Shown: positions 38,246 through 46,542 of the stretch, piece after piece
How positions within the stretch are numbered: the first letter of the stretch is position 1
Layout: the number at the start of each line of letters is the position of its first letter
Assembly (NCBI GenBank): GCA_003518365.1
Contig: DOYU01000022.1
Location: 24,095-88,094 of the forward strand
Source of the DNA: Candidatus Magasanikiibacteriota bacterium
GTDB taxonomy: Bacteria; Patescibacteriota; Patescibacteriia; Magasanikbacterales; UBA922
Length of the DNA stretch: 64,000 nt
Direction of reading: 5' to 3'
Translations under genes and position numbers: made by a program
Notes under the pieces: generated by a model
The model's input: the letters and a program-made list of their open reading frames with translations, nothing else
The model's database searches: none
What the model was told of the DNA's origin: nothing

Positions 38246-38369
38246 CCTGCAGGAGGCTGACAGGGTGTGAGAAGAGATACCTTTGTATAGTACAAGGAAG
38301 GTCTAAGATATATATATCCTAGCATAGATACGAGTATCTGTATAGAGAAAATTTGTGGTATGACAACAT

Positions 38370-40307
38370 TTACTGTTGCTGGTATGTGAACGATTTTTTC
38401 ATTGCTTTCCAGAATACTTCTTTGTTGACACAATGTGGATTGGTCCCATCGCAGTCTTTGTTTTCTAAAATGTTGCCATATTTGGCAAACGTATTTTTGT
38501 CTTCGTACATATACGGATCTTTTTGCAAGTTTGCTGTGACAGCGGCATGCGCTTTGTCTACGTCACCACCGGCTTTTGCCAATTCTTCTTCCATACCTAG
38601 ATTGTATGCACGGACAAGGCCGCGGAATTCTGCTGATTTTGCTTCTTTTTGGACCGTGTCGAGCGCTTCACCGAGTATTGCTGTCGTTGCTCCGGCAGCA
38701 TCTGATTCGACGAGTTCGAGCAATTCTCCAAAAGCGGCTTTTTTGGCCTCGTCTGTTATTTTTTCAATTATGTCATCTTTTATTTGATCTTGTATACGAC
38801 CTGTTTCTCTCTCAAAATCTTGTTGTTCTTGACTCAAGCCTTTGTCAATGGCGGCTTGTCTCTCGAGCATTCTTTCATATATCAAGAGTGATTCATCATA
38901 TTTCTTTTCTTTTTCTGTTGGGTTTGCGTTCCAGAATTTGAGGTAGTCTTTGGCATTGCCAAGTTTTTCGTTCCAACGTAATTTTACGAGTTCAGAAGCT
39001 TCTAGATTTTCTATATCATTTTTTGGATCATTTTTGTAGGCAAGCATATCACTGATTGCCTTATACTCTTTTTCGCTCAGTGTTTCACCTTTTTCGCGCA
39101 AACTATCATTAAGCGCCGTCAGAGCATTTTTTGTTTTTTCATCTATTTCCCCCGTTGCGTAGTCGAGTGCTGTTTGTTTGTTCAGTGGGTCTGTGAGCGA
39201 TTCGTATTCTTTTTTATTTTCATCATTGATTACTGCCATGTAGTCTGCCTTGGTTTTTTCTAACTCGTCTAATTGTTTTTGCAACGCAGCGTCTGGATTT
39301 TCATTCAATTCTTTTTTCAAAAATTCTATTTGTTCGTCTATTTCAACTACTCTGCCAGGATGAATTGATGGACTTACTTGCTCAATACATGCGTCTCTAT
39401 CAGCTCCTGTTAATGCTACACAGCCAGAAGGATTTTTGAATTTGACGGAGGTATTCAAAATACATTCTTCTTTGGTGTACGAGTAGGGGCCTCCTTCTAT
39501 GTTGTCACACGTACCAAGGTCGCCGGTATTTTCCGCTATACGGAGATAACATTTGTCTTTTGGTGGATTCGATCCTGAATCAGAAAAATCTTCACCTTGT
39601 ATATTTTTACACGTATCGGGATTTCCTCCCTGAACCGCAGCATTTTGCAAACAATGATCAGGATTGTCAAAGAAGCCACATGCCCATTCGTTGATATTGC
39701 TTACGCACCCTGTGAGAAAGAGGGGTGCTATGAGGAAGGATGCAACAAGCGCAGATTTTTTAGCTACGTTTTTGCTGATTACTTTTTTGACAATGAGTAT
39801 CAACGTCCACAGAGCTACTACCCAAAACAAAAATTTGGTGGTAGATAAGAGCGGCACGCCGATATAATAGATGAGTCCTCTTCCCATATCAGTATATTTG
39901 TTTTCAATATAGACGAGCTGTCTCGCCAAAAAATACCAAGGTAACGTCATGAGGAACGCTATTACTGGGAATATAAGAGTGTAATTTTTTAGTGCAGTTT
40001 TTTTCAATATACCATACACTATATATCCACCAAGCATAGAGATGAATCCTAGTGCCAGTCCGGCAAAAATACTGTAGGTGGCAAAAAGTTTTGTTATACG
40101 AGCATCGGTAATATCTGCGTATGTGATCTTTGCTAAATCATACGAAAAAAAATAAAAAAGACCGCCAAAAACGATCCAGAATACGAGAGGCATAAGTGCC
40201 GTGTGCAAAAAGTTTGTTCTTGTCTTTTTTTCTTTGGGTGAGTTTTGTGTGTCTGCAAGTATTTCCTCTTGTTCTTCGGGCTGGTTGGCTATATGTTCTT
40301 CTTCCAT
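38370..40307 (-). CDS. Large 645-aa membrane protein with about six N-terminal TM helices, a Cys-rich segment and a long extracellular coiled-coil domain
   Basis: Hydrophobicity plus a heptad-rich acidic C-terminal half. There is no catalytic motif. Confidence 0.5.
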   Translation of the reverse strand: MEEEHIANQPEEQEEILADTQNSPKEKKTRTNFLHTALMPLVFWIVFGGLFYFFSYDLAKITYADITDARITKLFATYSIFAGLALGFISMLGGYIVYGILKKTALKNYTLIFPVIAFLMTLPWYFLARQLVYIENKYTDMGRGLIYYIGVPLLSTTKFLFWVVALWTLILIVKKVISKNVAKKSALVASFLIAPLFLTGCVSNINEWACGFFDNPDHCLQNAAVQGGNPDTCKNIQGEDFSDSGSNPPKDKCYLRIAENTGDLGTCDNIEGGPYSYTKEECILNTSVKFKNPSGCVALTGADRDACIEQVSPSIHPGRVVEIDEQIEFLKKELNENPDAALQKQLDELEKTKADYMAVINDENKKEYESLTDPLNKQTALDYATGEIDEKTKNALTALNDSLREKGETLSEKEYKAISDMLAYKNDPKNDIENLEASELVKLRWNEKLGNAKDYLKFWNANPTEKEKKYDESLLIYERMLERQAAIDKGLSQEQQDFERETGRIQDQIKDDIIEKITDEAKKAAFGELLELVESDAAGATTAILGEALDTVQKEAKSAEFRGLVRAYNLGMEEELAKAGGDVDKAHAAVTANLQKDPYMYEDKNTFAKYGNILENKDCDGTNPHCVNKEVFWKAMKKSFTYQQQ

Positions 40308-40392
40308 ATACTATATGAAACTAGGTATACGCACCTATATGAGGTAGCATAGCACTTTTTTTTGTTCCGTACAGTCTCCCTGTTGATAATTA

Positions 40393-41364
40393 TTACTCCA
40401 CCTTCAACAACACCACTTCCGGCGGATTGAACAACCTTGCGCGCGCGCCGGTTTCCCCTGTGCCGCTTGTGACAAATAATTGCGTGTCTGTATCAACCTC
40501 TACAAGCCCTTGATACCAATCTGCAGGAATGGCTTCTGCGATTCGACCGACAGGGCCAACAAATGGCAACCGAATTTGTCCGCCATGGGTATGTCCAGAC
40601 AGGATCAGATCGATCTTTTCTTTTGCTGCTAGCCATGCGGCTGCAGGATTGTGTATGAGTGCAATCGTTGGAATCTCAGTCATCGTCTCCTCAAGCGCAT
40701 CAAAGGCGAGCTTACCCGCAAGGTAGGAATCGCCCCCGAAAATCTGTATATCCTGTCCATGAATGGTCGTGGTCACGACATCGTTCACCAGATACGTGAT
40801 TCCCATAGGGGTCATGGCATCGTAGACCTGTGTGCTCACGTCACCGAGTAAAAATACAGGACCCTTTTTTCGACTCATACTGACACCGTATTCATGATTG
40901 CCATGAATAGCGTACGTCGGGATGCCGGCATCTACTAAGCGAGCGAGGGGAGCGAGCTCAAGTGTTTCGTCGGTTGGTCCATTTGCATTATCCACTTGAT
41001 CTCCTGCAATCATCACGATGTCTGGCTGAAGGCTGAGAATCCGGTCAACGATGCGATCCATATACACGGCTTTCTTGTACGGCCCTACTTGAAAGTCTGC
41101 AACAAGTGCAATGCGAATGGGTGTATTGATGCCAGGGATATCAATCGTTTGTTCGCGTATCACGAGAAACGTGGGTTCAATAAAACTGCCATAGAAAATG
41201 GTCGTTGCGCCAAAAAGGAGGAGAGTAACAAACAAAAAAGACCAACGTTTGTGTCGGTATTCCCAGCTCTGTATCCTCCTCTTCGTACTGTGGAGAATGA
41301 TTCCTGCTGGGACAATTGTCCCAACAAGAAAGATGGCGATCATCAGATCGTAGAAGATACGCAT
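40393..41364 (-). CDS. Membrane-anchored metallophosphoesterase of the calcineurin-like family. The true start is MRIFYDL at 41364, since the track's longer N-terminus would run antisense through the tRNA-Leu gene.
   Basis: The GDQVDN, GNHEYG and GHTHGGQ motifs. Confidence 0.8.
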   Translation of the reverse strand: MRIFYDLMIAIFLVGTIVPAGIILHSTKRRIQSWEYRHKRWSFLFVTLLLFGATTIFYGSFIEPTFLVIREQTIDIPGINTPIRIALVADFQVGPYKKAVYMDRIVDRILSLQPDIVMIAGDQVDNANGPTDETLELAPLARLVDAGIPTYAIHGNHEYGVSMSRKKGPVFLLGDVSTQVYDAMTPMGITYLVNDVVTTTIHGQDIQIFGGDSYLAGKLAFDALEETMTEIPTIALIHNPAAAWLAAKEKIDLILSGHTHGGQIRLPFVGPVGRIAEAIPADWYQGLVEVDTDTQLFVTSGTGETGARARLFNPPEVVLLKVE

Positions 41365-41367
41365 ATG

Positions 41368-41451
41368 TGCCCTGGGAGAGACTCGAACTCTCATGATGTT
41401 GCCATCACTGGATTTTGAGTCCAGCGCGTCTACCAGTTCCACCACCAGGGC
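41368..41451 (-). tRNA. tRNA-Leu(CAA), 84 nt with a long variable arm and no encoded CCA
   Basis: Folds as a 7-bp acceptor stem GCCCTGG/CCAGGGC, anticodon loop CTCAAAA, long variable arm TGATGGCAACATCATG, and T-arm GAGAG TTCGAGT CTCTC. Confidence 0.85.
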
Positions 41452-41457
41452 ATGTAT

Positions 41458-41733
41458 TTACTTTTTTAGACTATCACGTAACAGTAATTTTACCATACGT
41501 TTGCCTGTACTTGTTTTCAGATACGTTTCTCTTCTCAATGCATCTGTTTTTGAACAAAATGCTTCGTAGTACACAAGTTGGAATGGTCGATATGGTGCAG
41601 TTGATTGCACTTTTCCATCTGTATGTTCTTGCATTCTTCTTTTCAAGTCACTTGTTTGTCCACTATATATATTTCCACTACTTAATTGTAACAAGTATAC
41701 ATAGTGCATAGAATAGAAATGGATTTTGTCCAT
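41458..41733 (-). CDS. GIY-YIG nuclease family protein of 91 aa (URI domain, COG2827-like)
   Basis: YVYLLQLSSGNIYSGQTSDLKRRMQEH...YEAF...RRETYLK matches the GIY-YIG signature. Confidence 0.75.
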   Translation of the reverse strand: MDKIHFYSMHYVYLLQLSSGNIYSGQTSDLKRRMQEHTDGKVQSTAPYRPFQLVYYEAFCSKTDALRRETYLKTSTGKRMVKLLLRDSLKK

Positions 41734-41792
41734 GAACTAGAGCGAAGCTCAGTTCAGGACACCAGGAAGCGAGCTTTGCTCTGCTTCTCTGG

Positions 41793-41830
41793 TGAGTCCA
41801 GCGCGTCTACCAGTTCCACCACCAGGGCAT
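41793..41830 (-). repeat. A 38-nt exact duplicate of the tRNA-Leu 5' half (2 nt of 5' flank plus tRNA nucleotides 1-36, ending inside the anticodon)
   Basis: 41793..41830 is identical to 41416..41453. Confidence 0.85.
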
Positions 41831-42003
41831 TAGATAGTTTCTAAGCAGTCAATACTATAGCGAAAAATGGCAGGGTTGTCAATTTTGTGATATACTTTCA
41901 TTGATTTCACAGATCTGAAAGGATTACACTGATTTTTGCTATAAATAGCTTCATAAATTCTTTGTATATAGCAAAAAAGAGAGATCTGTTGCTGACATAT
42001 GAT

Positions 42004-42771
42004 ATGGCTAAAATTATTGCTGTTGTGAACCAAAAAGGTGGCGTGGGGAAGACCACGACTGCTATGAATCTCGCCGCTCACCTCGCTGAGCTTGGCAAAT
42101 TTGTGCTTCTCGTGGACATGGATCCACAGGGGAATGCCACGAGCGGTTTTGGTATTGCCGTGCATGAATTGGAGCATGGTGTGTATGAAGCCTTAGCAAA
42201 ACAAAAGCGTGTGCATGATGTGATCCAAAATACGTCCCACGAAGGGCTGCGCATTTTGCCGGCGACGACAAATCTTGCCGGTGCAAATATTGAGCTTGTG
42301 GACATGGATCGCCGTGAATTTCAATTGTCAGATCTTCTCGGAGAAGTGACGCATGCGTATGATTATATTATTATTGATTGTCCACCATCTCTTGGATTGC
42401 TCACGATCAATAGTCTTGTTGCTGCCAATGAACTCCTGATTCCTGTGCAAGCTGAGTATTATGCGCTCGAAGGATTGGGACAGCTTCTCAAAACAATTCA
42501 GCTTATCCAAGAACACATCAAGCCGAATTTGGAAGTGCTCGGTGCTGTGATTACCATGTTTGATAAACGTACACGACTTTCGACAGATATTATGGATCAA
42601 TTGTACAAATTTTTTCCTGATACGATTTTCCGATCAGTTATTCCACGTACCGTTCGTCTTGCCGAAGCCCCAAGTTTTGGACAGACGATTCTCCAATACG
42701 ATCCAAAAGGAAAAGGGTCTCGCGCGTATGAGCGGTTGGCGAGGGAGATTCTAGAAAAGCATCAGATGTAA
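42004..42771 (+). CDS. parA: Chromosome partitioning ATPase ParA/Soj. The true start is MAKIIAV at 42004, because the track ORF begins at an upstream TTG.
   Basis: NQKGGVGKTTTA deviant Walker A motif. Confidence 0.9.
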   Translation: MAKIIAVVNQKGGVGKTTTAMNLAAHLAELGKFVLLVDMDPQGNATSGFGIAVHELEHGVYEALAKQKRVHDVIQNTSHEGLRILPATTNLAGANIELVDMDRREFQLSDLLGEVTHAYDYIIIDCPPSLGLLTINSLVAANELLIPVQAEYYALEGLGQLLKTIQLIQEHIKPNLEVLGAVITMFDKRTRLSTDIMDQLYKFFPDTIFRSVIPRTVRLAEAPSFGQTILQYDPKGKGSRAYERLAREILEKHQM

Positions 42772-42889
42772 ATTACAAATTACTAATTACCTAATTCACC
42801 TAATAAAATTTCAAAATAGTATTTTCTTATTAGAATTTTTGCATGTTATTTTGAATGAGATAATTAGATGAATTAGAAATGTATAGTAT

Positions 42890-43756
42890 ATGGCATTAGG
42901 AAAAGGACTCGACTCCCTCATCCCCTCACAATCAAAACGCAGGTCGTTTCGAAAAGAAACAGAATTTTCTCCGTCTGCAAATGCTGCAGATCGGGTGTGG
43001 CATATTCCGCTCTCAGAGATCACCCCAAATCCAAATCAGCCACGAAAAGAATTTTCTCATACTGAAATGGAACAGCTTGTCGCTTCGATCAAAAAACATG
43101 GTGTGATGCAGCCAATCACGGTGACAGAAAAAGAGGATGGTGGGTATGAAATTATTGCAGGAGAACGTCGATTTCGTGCATCAACGATTGCTGAACTGCC
43201 AACTATTCCCGCATTGGTTCGCAGTGCGACGGAGCAAGAAAAATTGGAATTAGGACTGATTGAAAATATTCAACGGCAGGATTTGAATCCGATTGAAGAG
43301 GCATTTGCGTATCAACGGCTTACTGATGAATTTGGCTTAACCCAGCAAGAAATTGCCGATCAAGTGGGGAAAAGTCGTCCTCTGATTGCCAATACTATTC
43401 GATTGTTAGATTTGCCAGAACCTATCCAAAAGGGATTGATTGATGGACTGCTATCTGTCGGGAAAGCGCGCGCACTGTTGAGCTTGAAAGATGAAAAAGA
43501 ACAATTGAATATGTACCAAAGTATGATTGGCACCACTGCAACGGTGCGGCAGATCGAACAGGCCGTCGCAGGAAAAGGAGAACACTCTCGCAAAGGATCT
43601 GTCCGTCGTGACCAGCAATTGTCTCAAGCAGAAAAAATTATTGAAGATAGGCTTCGTGCAAAAGTGCATATCAGTGGAAAGGGCGAGAAGGGAACGATTC
43701 AGATCTCGTACTATTCAAAAGATGAGCTGAAGCGACTTATTGAAGAATTATCCTAG
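42890..43756 (+). CDS. parB: Chromosome partitioning protein ParB/Spo0J
   Basis: GERRFRA ParB box together with a helix-turn-helix. Confidence 0.9.
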   Translation: MALGKGLDSLIPSQSKRRSFRKETEFSPSANAADRVWHIPLSEITPNPNQPRKEFSHTEMEQLVASIKKHGVMQPITVTEKEDGGYEIIAGERRFRASTIAELPTIPALVRSATEQEKLELGLIENIQRQDLNPIEEAFAYQRLTDEFGLTQQEIADQVGKSRPLIANTIRLLDLPEPIQKGLIDGLLSVGKARALLSLKDEKEQLNMYQSMIGTTATVRQIEQAVAGKGEHSRKGSVRRDQQLSQAEKIIEDRLRAKVHISGKGEKGTIQISYYSKDELKRLIEELS

Positions 43757-44078
43757 TATGGATGAACTACAAAGTCCTGATGTACACATGGCTGTTGCCA
43801 ACATGATCAATATCGCGCTTGGCTTTATTGGCATGTTGTCCGTATTTTCGGTTTTTTTCTTTTGGATCGTCGCGCTCATTCAGGTGATTATCAGAAAAGA
43901 TTTGACTGAACACAAGTTGCTGTGGATATTACTTCTGATATTTGTTGCCCCCGTTGGTGTACTAGCATATTTCTTTATTGAAAAAAGAAAAGGGTGGGGG
44001 ATTGCGGCTGCAATTTCTTTTGCCATACTTCCTTTTGTGTTAGTTTTTTGGGCGATCTCAAGAGCGATGTATTTGTAG
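43740..44078 (+). CDS. Small membrane protein with a PLDc_N-like (phospholipase-D N-terminal) domain
   Basis: LLWILLLIFVAPVGVLAYFF is typical of PLDc_N. Confidence 0.45.
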   Translation: MKNYPSMDELQSPDVHMAVANMINIALGFIGMLSVFSVFFFWIVALIQVIIRKDLTEHKLLWILLLIFVAPVGVLAYFFIEKRKGWGIAAAISFAILPFVLVFWAISRAMYL

Positions 44079-44097
44079 AGAAGAACATAAAAAATAA

Positions 44098-44130
44098 AAA
44101 ACGATGGGAAACACCCATCGTTTTTTTATA
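44098..44130 (+). terminator. Rho-independent terminator (aacgatggg aaacac cccatcgtt followed by ttttt)
   Basis: Read directly from the sequence, and it could act in both directions. Confidence 0.75.
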
Positions 44131-44162
44131 CCTAATTCTCTAAGACTCTAAACCTCTAACAC

Positions 44163-45659
44163 CTATTTATTCGGCAACACACTCTTGATCCAACTTGTTC
44201 GTTTTTTCTTCGCTGCATTTTTTATATGCGATTTTGCTGTATGTGTTTTGACGAAGCTAATCCAATCTGGATTTGGTTCTTTTCGATTTTTGTCAAGAAT
44301 AATATCGATCACGTCACCATTTTTCAGTTCTGTATCAAGGCTCACCATTTTGTCATTCACGATTGCACCATTACATTTATTTCCAATATCTGTGTGGATA
44401 TGATACGCAAAATCAATCGGTGTGGCACCGTCTGGCAGATCGATAACATCTCCCTTTGGTGTGAAGACAAAAATGCGTGATTGCAAAAAATCGACTTTCA
44501 TTTCTTCGAGATCATTCAATTTTGTGAGCATGTCTTTTTGTATTTCAGCCAATTCTTTTGCCCACGCTACTTCCTTTTTGGGCATACGAGCACCTTCTTC
44601 ATCGTAGTGCCAGTGTGCTGCAATACCAAATTCTGCTTCTTCATGCATTTCTTGTGTACGGATTTGAAATTCGACAAGTTCCCCATCAGGTGTAAAAACA
44701 GTGGTATGGAGTGATTTGTATCCATTTGGTTTCGGTTGAGAGATGTAATCTTTGATCCGCCCTTTCATAGGGCGCCAGATGTAGTGAAGAATGCCGAGAG
44801 CGGCATAACAATCTGCGACTGTTGGGACAATGACTCTGATCGCGACCAGATCATAAATTTTTGCGACCTGGTTGTCTTTTCGAAGTAATTTTTGATAAAA
44901 ACTATACAAGCGTTTTTCTCTGCCATAGAGTTCTTTGATAGGCACGCCTGCTTGCGCCAATTCAGCTTTTGCTTTTTCTTCAATATCTTTTAAAAATTTT
45001 TCTTTCCCAGCCAATTTTTCTTCACGGACCTTCTTCGTTCTCTCATATTCTTTTGGGTAGACATATTTGAACGACAAGTCTTCCAGCTCTCCTTTCATTT
45101 CTGCCATCCCAAGACGATTTGCAATTGGTGCATAAATTTCCAGACTCTCAAGCGCGATGCGATACCGTTTTTGTGGTGGAAGTGCGTCCAGCGTGGAAAG
45201 ATTGTGAATACGATCTGCAAATTTGATAATCATGACGCGGACATCTTCTGCCATTGCCACAAACATTTTTCGAAGATTCTCAATATAGCGCTCGACACCG
45301 CGATATTTCAATTTTCCAAGTTTTGTGATGCCTTCTACTAGTTTTCGGATTTCTTCTCCAAAGTTTTTTTCAAGTTCATCAAGTGTCACCTCTGTATCCT
45401 CTGGCACATCGTGCAGGAGCGTCGCGACAATGATAACAGGATCTATCTTCATATCTGCTACAATATGCGCAGCACCAAGCGGGTGAATTATATAGGGTTC
45501 ACCTGATTTTCGGAATTGCCCTTCGTGCGCGTCTCTTGCAAATTCGTATGCAAGCTTGATCATGTCTAGATCTGTCTGAGGCGCATATTCTCGTACTTTG
45601 TCGAGCAGTCCTTCAATTGTCTCCTTTTTCTGCTTTGTCATACCACTGTATGTTACCAT
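44163..45659 (-). CDS. rel: RelA/SpoT-homolog (p)ppGpp synthetase/hydrolase, a short 498-aa form with HD, synthetase and TGS domains but no ACT domain
   Basis: The HD motif (HDVPED), the synthetase domain and the TGS domain. Confidence 0.85.
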   Translation of the reverse strand: MVTYSGMTKQKKETIEGLLDKVREYAPQTDLDMIKLAYEFARDAHEGQFRKSGEPYIIHPLGAAHIVADMKIDPVIIVATLLHDVPEDTEVTLDELEKNFGEEIRKLVEGITKLGKLKYRGVERYIENLRKMFVAMAEDVRVMIIKFADRIHNLSTLDALPPQKRYRIALESLEIYAPIANRLGMAEMKGELEDLSFKYVYPKEYERTKKVREEKLAGKEKFLKDIEEKAKAELAQAGVPIKELYGREKRLYSFYQKLLRKDNQVAKIYDLVAIRVIVPTVADCYAALGILHYIWRPMKGRIKDYISQPKPNGYKSLHTTVFTPDGELVEFQIRTQEMHEEAEFGIAAHWHYDEEGARMPKKEVAWAKELAEIQKDMLTKLNDLEEMKVDFLQSRIFVFTPKGDVIDLPDGATPIDFAYHIHTDIGNKCNGAIVNDKMVSLDTELKNGDVIDIILDKNRKEPNPDWISFVKTHTAKSHIKNAAKKKRTSWIKSVLPNK

Positions 45660-45718
45660 TTATCCTATCCCAGGTGTGGGTATTTTGCAAGTCTCCACTC
45701 ATTTTTAAAAAAGATCCG

Positions 45719-46399
45719 CTAACATGACGGATCTTTTTTGTGTTCAGACTGTTCAGGTCCTTTTTCCTCTAGATCAGAAAAATTTCGCAATCCTTCCCAT
45801 TTTTTGCGGAAATCTTCCGCACCGAGGTACTCAACAAAGGTATGGTATTGGGAATGTGTGTGGGGTAGGCGGGTGGCGTATTTGATGGGGCACCAATATC
45901 GTTCTGTCCGCCCAGCAATTTCAGTCGCGTAGCGCATGAGATTGTTGAAGTAGCTGCAGTACAGACAATTGAATTTTTCAAACCAGTTTAAATAGGGCAG
46001 CCGTTGGCGGTCGTAGACAAAATAGTCTCGTGCTTTTACGCGTGGGATATCGTACAGACGAAATGAAAACTGATGATACATCTCAAGGCAAATATGAAAA
46101 ATGATCGCAGGCATGATCATTCCATAAATGAATGGAACGCTGAGAAGATGGGGGAGGCTAATGGGAAAAAAAGTTTTGAGAGAACTGATTTTCCATTGTC
46201 GCATTTGTTCTCTTTTTTTCTTGAGTTCTGTAAAAATGTTTGTCTTTGTATTCACTGCTTGCATTGCACGATCAAACGCTGCAAACATATCGTCCCCAAG
46301 TTCTGAAAGTTTTTTCACTTCAAGCTCTTTCATTTTCCCCAGACGATCTTGAATGTTTTTCAGGCGTTTTTGGAGGTCTTGTTTTGTTTTGTTTATCAT
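45719..46399 (-). CDS. Hypothetical protein with an N-terminal coiled coil, one TM helix and a C-terminal Cys/His-rich region
   Basis: ORF only. Confidence 0.4.
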   Translation of the reverse strand: MINKTKQDLQKRLKNIQDRLGKMKELEVKKLSELGDDMFAAFDRAMQAVNTKTNIFTELKKKREQMRQWKISSLKTFFPISLPHLLSVPFIYGMIMPAIIFHICLEMYHQFSFRLYDIPRVKARDYFVYDRQRLPYLNWFEKFNCLYCSYFNNLMRYATEIAGRTERYWCPIKYATRLPHTHSQYHTFVEYLGAEDFRKKWEGLRNFSDLEEKGPEQSEHKKDPSC

Positions 46400-46509
46400 A
46401 TCATCTAAATATAGCGAATGGAGTATAGCAGAAGTTGTGTTTTCAGTACACGTTTTATGTATAGAGTTATATATAGATTCCTCCCTTACTTTTTTTTACC
46501 AATCTGATG

Positions 46510-46541
46510 AAAAAAATCGCCACTGTGGCGATTTTTTTGGT
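46510..46541 (-). terminator. Bidirectional terminator (aaaaaaatcgccac tg tggcgatttttttt) downstream of topA
   Basis: Read directly from the sequence. Confidence 0.75.
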
Positions 46542-46542
46542 A

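Noticed and set aside
41365-41445. Longer N-terminus (MVELVDALDSKSSDGNIMRVRVSPRAH) for the metallophosphoesterase
   Set aside because: These codons are the antisense of the tRNA-Leu gene. The in-frame Met at 41364 gives a normal TM-anchored N-terminus.
41830-42177. 115-aa minus-strand ORF overlapping the parA 5' end
   Set aside because: It overlaps the true parA start and its promoter region, and it has no support.
42772-42889. parS site in the parA-parB spacer
   Set aside because: The spacer is AT-rich with taatta-type repeats, but I found no match to the tGTTtCACGTGAAAca consensus. parS may lie elsewhere.
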